NCBI GenBank assembly: GCA_002633005.1
Contig: NMRA01000724.1
Span: 104,843 to 168,842 of the forward strand
Direction: 5' to 3'
Source of the DNA: Phoronis australis
Lineage: Eukaryota; Animalia; Phoronida
DNA: 64,000 nt
Below, one piece after another: positions 1-13,074 of this stretch. Numbering within the stretch: the first letter of the stretch is position 1; every line of letters starts with the position of its first letter. The notes beneath the pieces are model-generated. The model was not told where the DNA came from. It did not search any database and saw only the letters and a program-made list of their open reading frames with translations. The position numbers and the translations under genes were made by a program.

Positions 1-152
1 AAAGTGTAAAAAGGGAACTTTTTCCAACGTTTACAGCAAAACCGAAAAGTGCCTTAACCACACCAAATGTAATACTTCATACTTGTTCAGGGGTAATTCG
101 ACCCACGATGCGGAATGTTCAGGTAACACCGCACGTCCTTCATCGGACACTG
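1..152 (+). CDS. TNF-receptor superfamily death receptor, extracellular TNFR cysteine-rich repeat exon (5' part lies outside the window)
   Basis: Frame from nt 2 reads KCKKGTFSNVYSKTEKCLNHTKCNTSYLFRGNSTHDAECSGNTARPSSDT. This fits the C-x2-GTFS...C-x2-HT-x-C...G-x-ST-x-D-x2-C pattern of TNFR CRDs. It ends at a phase-1 donor G|GTAAGT (153). Confidence 0.88.
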
Positions 153-695
153 GTAAGTCATACTGATTAGCTTCTGCTCATCCATGATATTAATAGTCAT
201 TTACATGAGTTCCACATTTTGAGAACCAGATTTCTCCATTAAATAACAAGCCTTTAACTGGATCTCAAAATCTGAGACCTTGAAAGTGATTATTGTCATC
301 AAATTGATACTATCCACATGTGTTCACGTAACACCCACCCTGGAATAGCAAGTGATTTTATTTTTAAGAGCATTGTGTTTTGTTGTATTCGATTTAGAAC
401 GCATTCCCGATTGCAGTCCTTAAAGTGTAATTTGCAAGGTCCAAGTATGTTACATTGCGATAATATCTTCAAGGTATTGTTATTTGGATGTATTTTATTC
501 AAATTATCGTATAATTGTATCTTTAGTTGTTTTAAAAAAGCGAAAAATAAAAAAATCCGCGAAAAAATGACCTTTGACACCATGACATGGTGTTGGGGAA
601 CACAAATTAGACCATATCCCACAATGCAGTTCACCCCCATTATAGCACAGTTCACGACGAACAAAGACCATTCAATCTTGACATGTTTTAGCAAT

Positions 696-933
696 ATGAT
701 GGTGCATCAGTGTGTGCGCACTAACTGTTCTAACACCACCCAAGTGGAAGGCATGAGCCTAATAAGATAAGCATCTGGCCGCGTAATGACACATTTTCGT
801 GTAAACTCCTCGTGTTTGGAAAATGACTGTCGAGTCAGCCATCTGTCAGAGCCGAAATATGCTCCGACCATTTTGAGGAGGGCTGCTTCGACAAAAAACA
901 CATCATGAAAGTTGATGCTGGTCTTGTAAAAAG
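696..933 (+). pseudogene. THAP zinc-finger N-terminal exon of the Kolobok transposase (disrupted)
   Basis: Reads MVHQCVRTNCSNTTQVEGMSL.. then, after a frameshift, WPRNDTF..*..AEICSDHFEEGCFDKKHIMKVDAGLVK, giving the C2CH THAP signature. Ends at donor AG|GTAAGT. Contains internal stops. Confidence 0.75.
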
Positions 934-1327
934 GTAAGTTACCTTGATAATTTTGATGTTTAAGAATTCATGACGCTTCTGCAGTGCCTAAACAATAACA
1001 AACCTTTTTCACAATCACCGTAGTTCTCAAGTGTTTAAGATCTGTTGTTTGTTCGTGAAAGATTAAGTTATAAATGGATAAAACTAAAAGCCACAACAAA
1101 GAAAGCTGATCTCAAAAGATGCATGTATTTTGAAAAGAATGCAGATTATGAATAAAGTAAAACACGATGGTAACTCAATTGCAAGGTTTTGATTATTGAA
1201 GTAATCTGCTTCAAAAAAAAACAGGATTAAAATCTAGTTTTGACTTTTGCTTGAAGGTTATAAAAGTAGGCGAAAACTTGCAATTAGATATCGTCGTGTT
1301 TTGAATTACTGCCGGTGTACTTTTCAG

Positions 1328-1500
1328 GGTATGTAAATGAAGTAAGGGAGAACACCTTGCGCTTAGTGCAGAACAAAAGAGAAGCAGGTGGTCTTGAAAT
1401 TCGCTTAGAAATTGATGCCCCTCCAATGCTGACTGCTGCTGCTCCAGATGTATCCAAGGAGGATGTCGTGGCACAGATGAGGATCCGTTTTCCAGATGAA
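1328..1500 (+). pseudogene. C-terminal exon of the Kolobok transposase
   Basis: ttttcag|. Reads GYVNEVRENTLRLVQ...DAPPMLTAAAPDVSKEDVVAQMRIRF, resembling the GYV...PPPL....P.K.E.V..H.SRF tail of Kolobok transposases (from memory). The DDE core is absent. Confidence 0.62.
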
Positions 1501-1727
1501 TTCAGATTGGCTGCTTTGTCAATGGACTGCACTGGAATTACTTTCCGTCACATATTTGACAGTCACTACCAATGTTTTAAATTAAATTTTTGATAGTGGT
1601 ACAGATAGCAGTGCCACAGTGTTTATAGTACCAGTACTAGAAATTGTGAAAAGCTTTTGTGTGTGGCATTTGGCTGTCCCGTTTGTATAGATAAACCTGG
1701 TGGTATGTTATGTTCTTATATTGAAAC

Positions 1728-1873
1728 CAGTGGCGGATTTAGAGGGAGGCCATGGCCTCCCTAGAATTCTCCCAGATTCCATTTGATAGTTCTGGGTGTG
1801 AATGTCTGACGGGCAAAATCCTGGCTATCAGTGTGCTTTGGCCCCCCAACTCAAAATCCTGGATCTGCCCCTG
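1728..1873. mobile_element. Small MITE nested in the Kolobok
   Basis: TIR CAGTGGCGGATTTAG / CTGGATCTGCCCCTG. Flanks GAAAC / GAAAT may be a 5-bp TSD. Confidence 0.5.
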
Positions 1874-2942
1874 GAAATATTTCAATATTTCTTCATACAA
1901 TGACTATAAATATTGTGGCATAGCCTTCTTAGGTATATGCACTAAATTGTTGCTGTCCCATACAGTGCATCAGTATTGGAAGACTTTCTTAAGTGGTAGT
2001 GAAAAGGTGCCTATTTGGGTCGTCAATCTTTTCATCGTGGGACAATATCATTAAAACTGTATGACAGAATTCACTTGCACAGAATTCAAACATTTTCTTG
2101 GGAATTGGTGGTACAAGCAGTCCCTCCAGATTTCCCACTACCTACACATGTGCATACTTCTTGATGTGTTGTTATACCATATCATTGACATCTAAAGCTA
2201 TTGCATACTGCAGCTTTTGGGTTGAGATTCAGTGGTTGCCGCCAGTGTGTCGTGTTAGTTGGTATCTCATTGAATTGCAGTAGAACTCGCTAAGTTGGAG
2301 CCAGTGAGACTGAGTTATTTCGAGGCGTTACTGCGGAATTAATTCTAATCTTTCTAAAGTTCCCACTGAAGCACTACCAATTTAGAGAGTTCTACTGTAT
2401 AAGGGCAGGAGGTTCAGTCTCGACCTCATACATTATGTCCCTGATTCAAAACTTAATTTTTAATGTAACAGCCATACTGTTAAATGTGTTCGCTTCAATC
2501 ACACAAACTGGACTCCAATGAGACCAATTCCTCTGTTTACCTAGGTAAACCATAAGTTTAACTGATGTTGAGTTATGAAGTTAGTCCTAGTTAAATTACA
2601 CTTGTCATGACCATGTTATTATAAGTAGCCAGATTGATGAGCATCAATAAATGTTACTTGCTGTGTCAATTATTTACCATTCTGAAACCACAAAAGTCTA
2701 TTCATGGAATGCCAACTTCCATTTCATGCCCCTGAGGTTGCGCTGCAATTGCATTTGTTTGTTACGATGTTCGTTCTTTTTATGGAATTTGTCACTACAA
2801 CTTTTTGCAACTCATCCAAATTACATAAGGCTAGACCCCGAGTCACAACTTTTAATAAGAGAATACATAGGTCGATGCGCAGGAGTTGGGCAGACATTCC
2901 AGGCCTAAGACAACTGTTGATGTCTATAAATGGATGAAACTA

Positions 2943-4908
2943 TTAAGAAAATCCATGAAACTCAAAGTTCTCCTCATTTAGTGGCGGAGGGTAGAAAGCT
3001 CTGGTGCAGGCTACTGCGCATGCTGGAATGACAACACGGACAGTTCGTCCTAAGTGACCATGTACCCATCTTTGGAACTGTCTGTAGGCCACATGTTGCA
3101 TCCTTTTATCCAAGGGTCTGTCACAGCCATCAGGATACTGACTTTTGTATTGCAGCCATGCAGTCCCCAAAACATCATGCTTGATGCATACAGGTTTAAA
3201 ACCCCCATGCTCCACAATACATTTTTTCTTCTGTCTAATTAAGTTGTCACGCTTCATTTTTTCATCAAGTTTTGCAACATACTCTTTCTTCAACAACTGG
3301 GGTTGTCTGACAGTTGCCTCTGGTACACCTGCAAGGTGTGTCAACAAAAATACATTACTTCAGTGAACATCAAAATTTCGAATTGAAAATTTTACCAAGA
3401 GTGCCTCACCCAAATATAATTGAGGGGGCTGCATGTGACCAGTTTTCAAGAAAATTGATTGTTCAGAGTAAACCGCACTTGAGCAGCGACCTGTTTACAA
3501 CAACAAATATCAAATCTGTTTCCAAAAAACAAACTTTGGAACATCACAACCTACAGGTGTTTATTTTCATATAAATTCATCAGTATATAGTAAAGATATT
3601 TACTTTTCATACAAATGAATAGTGCTACACCCAAGGCAGTGCTAGTTCATGCCCAGGGGATATAGTAATGGACATTAGTTGTTTGATTTTTAGCTGAGCC
3701 TAAGACACAAGGTAGTTATCCTGATTCATTGATGGAGGGGACTGTTTTATAAGTAGTCGTGAGACCTGTTTTCCCAATCTGCACCCTATCGGCACCCACA
3801 TATTAATCAAAGTAGACAATGCCAATGAGGCAAACCAACTTGAAAAGCAGTGTTACCACTCAAAGGGTCGCCCACATTGTAGATATTACCGTAAACATTT
3901 CTTAAGACTTCTCCATATGCTATATGAGCAATCACCAATCCAATGGGATGCCCTCTACACTCTATAGAAACTTTACCAGACAGTTCCTACCCAAGTCGAC
4001 TCGTACCCAGACCATGTACCGTATTTTATAATGGCAACATTGGGTCAATAAACATAGACATGAAATGGTTGTTTCCATTTCAAGCATCGCCTTACAAAAT
4101 AAAATTGTGGGTCCGAGTTGACTTGGCCCTTGAGTACGAAAATGAAGTGACCTGTTCTATAACCTATAGAATTATATGTCCCCCCAGCCCTGAGGTGAGA
4201 AAGTCTTTAATTATAAAATTGTGATTCTTTCATCCTCTTTACACTTCACAGTCGATTATTCCAAAGTGGTTCTCATTCTTTCCCTTGCATACATTTATTC
4301 ACTCAGTAGTAAAACCGAGCTCAGTCTCAGAGAAGTAGGAGACAATTTTGTGCAAAGCTCAATATATTGTCTGCCAGAGAAAGCCAGGATTCACGAGCTC
4401 AAACCAGCGAGCCACACTGTCTACAAATAATCTTAGAGACCAAACACTTTTTGCTAAAATTCAAAAAAATCACAGTTTTTTATTACTGAAACTGGTATTC
4501 ATCCATGGCTGAAACAATGTTCACCAGTGGAGATGTGGGCACCTGGGACTCACCGGTAAAGCACCTATTGAATTTTGAATTAAAAAAGACCGAGTAATGG
4601 ATACATCTTAATAATATTCTTACCATTCACTAACATCTAATCGCAACTCCTGCACACCTTCTGCCCTTGTATGTTCACTGCACGAACTGGCTGGGGCTGA
4701 GTCTTCGACGACTGGGGCAAGGGCCGTGAAAGGGATCGAGGGAGAACGGCTCCACAACAGGAAAGCTGTGAACACTAATTGTTCCTATGGGATCTGTCAC
4801 TTGCTCCTCCACGTCCGAAAGGTCGGAATCATCTGAAAAGTCCACCTGTCTGTCCCTGTATTTTTCAAAGTATTCCTCATCTACGCTGCTGTATTCACTA
4901 GGACACAC
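2943..4908 (-). pseudogene. KolX / P2X7 cytoplasmic ballast (zinc-coordinating) domain-like gene, two exons, frameshifted
   Basis: Exon 1 (~4908-4624) is acidic and ends ..ELRLDVSEW at a TG|GTAAG donor. Exon 2 (3328-2943) follows ttgcag| and reads CTRGNCQ..EERVCCK, then after a frameshift KCIVEHGGFKPVCI..HVAYRQFQRWVHGHLGRTVRVVIPACAV..FHGFS*. These are hallmark ballast motifs. Confidence 0.85.
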
Positions 4909-7872
4909 ATTGTTTCCTTTGTGTTCCCCTACACCACCTCACAGATGTGTAACGAACGAAAATGGCGCCGTTTCTATTCTCCGTTACAACAATGGTGTTA
5001 CAACACCACGACACTAAATTTGTAGATAACTTTGTATAGCGACGTACAATTCAGTTAATGTTAAGAATATAGCAATTATAATTCTAATTCTAATTATAAT
5101 TATAATTATAAACAAAAATTTAGACCATATTGTTGTTCAGATTGGTTTGGACCTTGCAATTTCCTCTTTAACCCTAATGGATACAACTGTAGTGTTGTGC
5201 TGTGGTAATGCCCCTTTATGGTTCAGCAGAAAACAAAGATTGATCTCACCCTTCAGTTTCATAATACCATTCATATACAACATACACATGGCTGTCCTGT
5301 TTACAGTGCTTTATTCTTGCAGTACAACCCACGACAGCATCAAGTATCGAGTCCAAGAACAACACAAAAGGTGGGAAAATTCATATGAGTGATAGAAGCG
5401 TTGCTGTAACCTTGTAACCAAGTCATGGTGCAACAAAGCAAATCTCCAGTAACACCAAAATATCTATTTCACCTCAGTTGCACATGACGTATGCTCATTT
5501 CCCTAAAGGCCAAGGGAGGAAACACCCTTCTCTGAAAGCTGTCGCTAGTGAAGTGCTTGACACATACAGTCACGTCTGTATGGCCCATGTAACAGCGCAC
5601 TGAGATGCAACAAAGACATTTAGCATAAGAATAAATGAACAATAGCAACCAAATAAGCATAAGTGTTACAATAAACAGTTTCTTAAGTCTCGTAACATTG
5701 ATAATGTGAAAAAGGCTGTTGATATTTGATTTTTGTAAAGGTGATGTTGATTAACTTGATATTCTAGTAACATATCTGTTGTTTTTAGTCATGGTGCCGA
5801 TAACGGTGGTTAGAATATTTAGTTATAGGTTGTGCAGTCTATCAGCTCACAATGGTTTGTTACTAAACAATGCTATTTCACCACATATAGCTTTGGTAAC
5901 TAAATTTGTATTTCGTGCTTGCAGACTTGACCACAATTCCTTCCAATATCACCAGCGAGAACAAAACAGCAGGTTTGTAAACGTTCGGATTATAGTTAGT
6001 TTGTTGAGGCTCTGACATTAGACCAGTCGCGTTCTGCAACACCAGAGTTTGTGACACAACTGTTCAAATGACCAATTGACCAATAAAATTTTGATCTCTT
6101 AGACATAAACCTATCATACTTTACTTTCTCCCACGTGCTTGAAAATGAGGCTGTGACCCAAAGCACATGACCTAATAAACAATCTAGATTATGCTTGTGA
6201 TTCAATAGCTCACTTGCGTCAGTTTCCAGTTATTCATTGTGTCATCACCGGAAGTTAATGGGCAAAATCCGCCATATTGCCCGTGTTTTGCCCCGAGTCT
6301 TTGCTACACATGCTAAATCTTATTGGAGTTCTCATGGAGAATTTTACGCTTAAAACATTAACATAACTTAAGAGATGGTAGATGGAATAAGTATAAATTG
6401 ACAAAGAAAAGGTTAACTTGTTATGTTGTGCGAAGCTGTGAACGGACTGAAATTGCCACTCGACCCGGGCTAGGCCTGAAATGCAGCAGGCATAGGACAG
6501 GGACGATAGAATGTCCCCATAAAATACAGCACATAAATGAAACGTGCATATGTGCACATGAAGTTATAATTAACACATACCATGACTCTAGATACAATCT
6601 AGTCAAAAAATAACTTGAACTTATCCATGAAAATCTCGCGGTTCGCTCGAGTTTCTGTCACCAGGCACCATTTTGAAGAAATTATGTGAAATCACGCCTG
6701 TTGACGAACAAAAAGTCCAAGGACCACAAATCTTACAAAATTCACTTGATATCTTCTCACTGCTATTTTGCAAGTGTCCCACGCCAGGTCATGCGCTTTG
6801 CTCAGTCTCGCGGTGGCTTTTCTCTCATACTCATTTGACTCAGTTGAAATACTTGTGGTTATCGCACGCGTGTTGAAAAAGTGGCGGTAACCAAAAAGTG
6901 GAGTTGGAAATTTTCACAATTAAAAGTCACCTGAATTCTCGTAACTATGCTTCATCGAAAATATATTTAGAAACACGAATTATCACTGAAGAAAGTAAGC
7001 GCCTTTTCAAGTGGTAGTTTTAAGTGTAAAATGTATTTTTGACGAGGTGAAAACTCTTTATCGGTGAGCGGATTTCGCCTACGGGCTGTTAAAAATACAC
7101 AGGACGAAATTTGTACTGAACACGATGGGATGTTTGTAGCGCGAATCTGTATTACATTTCCCATAACAGCAATGCTTGTTTGGCATTATTCATATTAAAA
7201 GATTAAAAATCCGAAGTAAACTGAACAGAATTCACTCTGCTACCGTATCTGGCAAATGGCCAAATTACAAGCTTTTGCCCTACTTTCAGTGACGTCTGTT
7301 AAGTCTCACAGAATCTCGCATCATTGTTATTAACTTGCAAAAAGACTATTGTAAGATGCAGTGCTCTAATGTTGCTGAGTTGTGACCAATAGCCGATGAA
7401 GGCAATGTCCGGCAGAATTTACCACTGAGAGAACTTTGTGTTTGAGGTTCTGTTCAAGTAGTGGCAGCAATCGCTTGCTTTAATTGTCATCAATGTCCAC
7501 AGTTCATTGTCAACTTGTTCATTTCAAGTACTCTCCTTGCATGCAAATTAAACATGGCACCTTTTATGGATATATTGCATGCCACATAGCAAAGGATGAA
7601 AATAGTCACAGTCTTGGATTATCAGCACATTTCACCTGTCTACCTAGTGCACCTATTACTACTGGGTGTGGAAATTTAAACTGTTTGTGAAATGGGTCTA
7701 CGTATTACCATACTCGTCTGCATTACCGCCCAGGGTGCTTAAATTGGTAAATCTAAAAATGGGGTGGGCGGTAAGCTGAGCATGGGCGGTTAAAATCGTA
7801 ATAAATGTGGTAATAAAAGTCATTATTACCGGGTAATCTTTATATAGACCCTGTGTGATCATTAATATTATA

Positions 7873-8026
7873 GGGAGTGTACCCAAGACTGATATTGTAT
7901 TTGAAAAAGTTGTCAGTATCAAGTTTGCAACGTATGTTTTTTTTTCTACGGAGTGTACCCAAGACTGATATTGTATTTGAAAAAGTTGTCAGTATCAAGT
8001 TTGCAACGTATGTTTTTTTTCTACAG
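7873..8026 (+). repeat. ~77-bp tandem duplication of the branch point/pyrimidine tract in front of the TM exon
   Basis: gagtgtacccaagactgatattgtatttgaaaaagttgtcagtatcaagtttgcaacgtatg(t)nctac occurs twice back to back. Only the second copy ends in ctacag. Confidence 0.9.
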
Positions 8027-8167
8027 GAACTGAAGGTCACAAATACTTGTCCATGGAGTTCATACTTCTGATCATGGTTGTGCCAGTGGTTTTGATTATT
8101 GCTACCTTGTGTCTTTATCTTCTTGGTTGCTTTGATTGGTTCAAGATCGTGATGTGTCGCAAGAAAG
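8027..8167 (+). CDS. TNFR gene, transmembrane exon
   Basis: Acceptor ttttctacag|, donor |gtaagt, 141 nt, phase 1-1. Reads (G)TEGHKYLSMEFILLIMVVPVVLIIATLCLYLLGCFDWFKIVMCRKK: a hydrophobic helix followed by a basic stop-transfer. Confidence 0.88.
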
Positions 8168-10852
8168 GTAAGTCTGGTTATGGAGATCAATTACGAAATG
8201 AACTGCTGACTTAGTATCTCTCATGAATTTCCTTACTTTCTTCAATGAATATATTTTTGATGGTTGCTATGGTACAAACATGAACGTGGCATAGCATTAA
8301 TTTAACGCTACATATTCTCTATGAAAAGATGAGAAAATTTCACTTGTCCGCCTTGTTGGTAAGATTTTATACTGTATTAGTCCATTGCCTTATAATGTCA
8401 TATAATAATCAGTTTGAGCATATATTCGAATGTACCGTAGCTTTTTATTTGAATGTAAGGCCATGGCCTTGAATATAATGTCATAGTGTTATCTTGGGGG
8501 ATTGTTTGCAAAAGCTGCATTAGTTTGAATGAGAAATTCACAACTGTTGCTTTTTTGAATTATTTTTTCAGTATGTTCACGAAATGATTTAACCCCACCA
8601 ATATGTTATCAGCTTTGACAGTACTTAACATTTTGGTCGCAGCTAACTGAACAGAAATCATTACTAGCATTTCTATTTTTTCCATTTTCCTCTGTATCTT
8701 GGGAGTTTCTTGAAATATGTTTGTGAGGTATGTAGGTTAATATTAAAGAATTTTTAGATGTTTGAAATTATGTATGCCATATAGTGGCCATTTTTATTGT
8801 TTTTGAGCTTCATCTGCCTCTCCATAGCCAAACCACTCTAAGGGTCATTGTGAAAATTGGTGTACTTGTTGCTACAGGGAAGAGCATGATGGCAATGGCT
8901 TTTTTGATGGCTTCTAATTCTGTGGTGCCCCCTAGTGGCAGCGTTTTTCGTCTGTAACTGTTAGTCCTCAAATGCATTTCTGTGAATGTAACAACAGAGG
9001 ATGATGACTTTCAGGCATATCTGACTTTCATTGTGCCCTTAATAGTTATTTCACATTTTACATTTTCGTCTGTATTGCTTAAGTTCTTCTGGTGTCACTT
9101 TTTAGAAGACATTTTAGATGTATTTGAGCTGTTGCGTGCTACCCATTGTATTATTTTCTCGACTCATGAATTTGGTTTTCGCCTCTCTTCAGCCAAACCA
9201 TTCCATGGATCATTATGAAATGTGACAACTGTGATTTTTCTTGGAACTGCTTGGCTGATGATTTTCAGCCATGTCCGATTGCTCTGTGTTCTCCAGTTAG
9301 TGGTAACTTCGTTTTTTCTTGTAGCTCAGTATCTACCAAGAATTGATCTTCATGAAATTCGCAAGTTTATTGAGAATACAGCTGATGTGGATTTTGGATC
9401 AAATCTGGGCGCTGCCAAGTCCCCTAGTGGCAGTTTTGTTTTTCTCTGTGTCTGTTTTGATATCCATCAAGTTCCATGATGCACTTTGATGAAATTTGGA
9501 AAATAAGTTACTATCTCATACATGACAGTTCAAATCCTGGTGCACTGATATGAATTTCACTTATATTGCTCCTCCTAGTGGTCTTTTGTAATTATTTTTA
9601 TGTCTTTGTTGCCCGTTTTTTTCTTGCAAATTATTTACCAGGTTCATGTTACAGCAACCAGTGTGACAGTATTAAATCAATTGCGATTCGTAAGAATAAC
9701 CTGAAGGATCTGCCTAGACACAGCAAGTGTGTGGGTCATTATCTACTTGCAATTAACTATTTCCTTCATTTTCTAAATACGAACTGCTCAACCCACTTGA
9801 CACTTTTATGTAATGGTCTTGGTTTGTTCTTAATTTCTTCTGTCTCTTTCCTTGTCTTAAAGTTGAATATTGGACACACTTTAAAGTATGATACAGACCT
9901 GGAGGTAAATTTATGTCCTTTTTTGTTGTTACTGTTTTGTTCAGGAATCCCTTTGTGGTATGCATGGGAGAGGCTGCTTAAAGTGCTTAAAACCAACAAC
10001 CTTGTTTTGACAAAATTCATTTGTCAGAAACATTAAAATTTCCTTTACGGCCATGAATTCAATATCCCCAAAAGGAGAAAATAGAAGGAAACCAACTTTA
10101 ATTGAAAGTTTCTTAGATTAACAGACACGGGTGTGGCGTGTGAGTACCTACTGCCAGTGTGTCATGCCAAAAACACGCGGTTTTCTTCTTTTGTACAAAC
10201 TTGTGCGCTGTCTGTGCTTCTCTGATGCTCTACGGGAAAGCGAAATATCGACAGCATGCTCACATCCACCAGGGCTGAGTTGCATAAAGCTTCAAAAGTT
10301 ATCCGCTGGATAAGTTTGATTGTTGCATGACGTCGGGTGCATTGTTTAACAATAACAACGTGATGAATGGTAATGCATGTCATTGTTGCTATACGGCGTA
10401 TAACTTTTATGCAACTGAGCCCAGGAGCACAACTTTCCACCATTCTTTGTTGTACAACTATTAACCGTGAGAAAATGAGGCTGACTTATGCTGTGATTGT
10501 AGTATGTGTCAACAAATGCGTCTAACTCAAAATCAGCTAATTAAAATATCGTCAGGTAATTTTTTCAATGTTCTAATTCCAAAGGTGATGGACTGGTGGG
10601 GTCGTTTTTTGGTGTTTTTTATATGGAATTGGCGGTTTTAAGCACTCTAAGCTTATGTAGCACCCTAGAAAGTGTCCTTTAGAACGTTCAATTCTTATGA
10701 AACTTTCAAATACTATGCTTTGTGCTCTGTTCCTCCATATACTGTCAGAAACTGTAGTGTTATAAATTATTCCACTTTTGCATGAGGGACTATCAAAAAT
10801 AGGGCTTCATTTTTTTCATGAAAGAAATTATTTCATAAAACCAAAATGTAAT

Positions 10853-13074
10853 CAGTGTTCTCCACATCTGAAAATCTAAACAGGTCGCACGCGTAAAAAC
10901 TGCAATGTGCCGGAACCGCGCGGCGGTCAACGTTTTCCATAAGCTAGTGTGCAGTTTTTTGTGCACCTTATTTTTACCCACTCATTTTAATAGTAATGCA
11001 CAGTAGTGCAAACAAATAACTTTGTATTCAACTTTTTATTTTTAAAAGTTGGACTTATTTTACAAACATATCACATATGTCATAACCCATTTGCTTAGTC
11101 AATGACTTTGAAATGGAAGTCTACACAGTGTTTGATACAGTATGGGGAAATGCTTTAGGCTACTCAATAATGATGTCAATGTCAACTAAGTACAAAAAGT
11201 CTACACAGAAGTAAATTTTTCCTATGACGTAGACAGTCCAAGTGAAGTGTCTTTGTTAAGTCAGTCACATTTTTATGTCTTGATAGCAGAGTTAACGTTT
11301 TCTAGTCTCAGTCTGTACGTGTAATATCTTGCACATTCTTACAGTCTGAATTCGATGTTCTGAAGCTGGTACAACATATTGCACTTCTGCACTACCAGAA
11401 CTCTTGTAAAAACTGCACAATACGCGAGTCTCCCTTGAATGCAAATTAGTTAGGGTAAACAAAACAATTCACTTGCGTTTTCCATCTAGGCCTACTTGGA
11501 CGGGAGTGTCAGGCCTGTTGATGACAACCAATATTTCTTTTAAAGATATCAACTGAATTATCAAACGCTTGCAATTGTGGAATTCCCATAATTTTCTGGA
11601 TTGTCACAAACTCATTCTTCCAGATGAAAACCATCTATTCTCATGTTAGAGGGAATTGTATTCATTTGTATTGCCGATATCTGACGTTGTCGGCAAAAAT
11701 TCGGTTCACCGTTTGTGACACGGATATCTTCGATTCGTTGACCGAGCCCGGCAATATCACCACCATCTGGCCCTGGATTATCTGTCGTAGCTGCATCTGA
11801 GTCAACGTCAGTATCTGAAACATCTCTCGGCTTTTAAAATAATCCTTAGGTTTAGCGGTGCTTCGCTTTCGCGCGGCAGACGACATTTCTAAGTATGTAG
11901 AATGCGCATGTCAATTGGTAACGGAAGCCAGGATAGAATTCACTAACGTAAGGACCACGCTAGGTAAACAAAACTCTGCGAGATTACGCGAGATATTACC
12001 GCTTGATTTCAATGAGAGCACGTGATTTTGGCTGCAATTTCTCAGCGCGAAACACATATACTTTGAACTTTACTCAGTGACGTCACCCGCTGTCCCAAAT
12101 CTCGGAATACTCCCCCGAAACCGCAAACGTCAAAGCCACTGTCGAAATTGAGTTTGCGAACGGCTCGGCAGATTTTTAGAGGGAGTATGCGCCACAAACA
12201 TAATGTTCATGCTGCCAACGAAACTCCTTATAAGGCAACGAGATGAACTCGGTCAATCTCAATGGGCCGGTGGCACAAAAATTAACCAATAATATTCATC
12301 TAAGTGAGAAATACACAAACAACAACCAATGAGAACCATCAAAGTCAGTTTCATGCAAATGTTTTTGAGACTGGTATCGGTAAAGTCTGTCGTGGGGTCT
12401 ACGGAATATTGAAAAATGTGCTACGAAAACCAAAATTCTGGCCTCCCAGAAGACGGCCGTTGTATAACGGCTGCGCAACGGTGTCTTTGCTGACAACACT
12501 AACCACCGAGCCTTAATTATTTTATTTTCAATGGGTAGTATGATTAGTTCTCTGCCAAACACAAAAAGGTGACTGCAAAAGCGAAAAGGCCTAACGCAAC
12601 GATCAGCGACTTTCGTGCCGGACTGCACCTCCAGTGAGCAGGTATAGTGGATTAGGCGTATAGGTAGCACTGGGCCTTTGTTTAAATTGACTAGTTGTTC
12701 GGGATGAATTGAAAAGATAATCGAGAGATTATTTACACGCTGCGTTACATCATAAATAGACTTGCGGCCCGGTCTGCCGCTTGAGTGAGTCCGGTGATTA
12801 GGCTGTCCACAACGGACCACCGACTTCCTTAGACTTAGCCTTTATTCAGTTTCAATGGGCTATGGCCAGTTGCTGTCGAGCGTAATTTGAACCAGTGAAG
12901 GACTTATTAACGACGACGTCTTTTTTACAAAGTAGAACCTATATTTTTAAACTGGTCGTGAGATTTTTAAACAGGACGCTGGATTTTTAAACAGGACGCG
13001 GGACATTTAAACAGGACGCGCGCTCGGCCAAACAGGACGCTGCGACACGTTAAAAGTGGTCGTGGAGAACACTG
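10853..13074. mobile_element. Non-autonomous hAT-like element with 5-bp TSD (hAT5-type)
   Basis: TIR CAGTGTTCTCCAC / GTGGAGAACACTG. TSD GTAAT at 10848-10852 and 13075-13079. Subterminal AAACAGGACGC repeats at ~12970-13040. Confidence 0.72.

Larger units (their letters stand above)
424..5167 (+). mobile_element. Decayed Kolobok DNA transposon (~4.7 kb) in the first visible TNFR intron
   Basis: TTAA on both sides (420-423, 5168-5171). Imperfect 21-bp TIR AGTGTAATTTGCAAGGTCCAA / TTGGACCTTGCAATTTCCTCT. Contains transposase remnants on + and a KolX-like gene on -, converging as in Kolobok. Confidence 0.82.

Noticed and set aside
5469-5660. Minus-strand VCVKHFTSDSFQ, resembling a THAP CxxHF box
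   Set aside because: No other THAP motifs or element ends could be located, so it is too little to call.
12296-12820. 174-aa minus-strand ORF and other 60-170-aa ORFs in the track
   Set aside because: No recognisable domain, most start at non-ATG codons, and they lie within repeats or introns.
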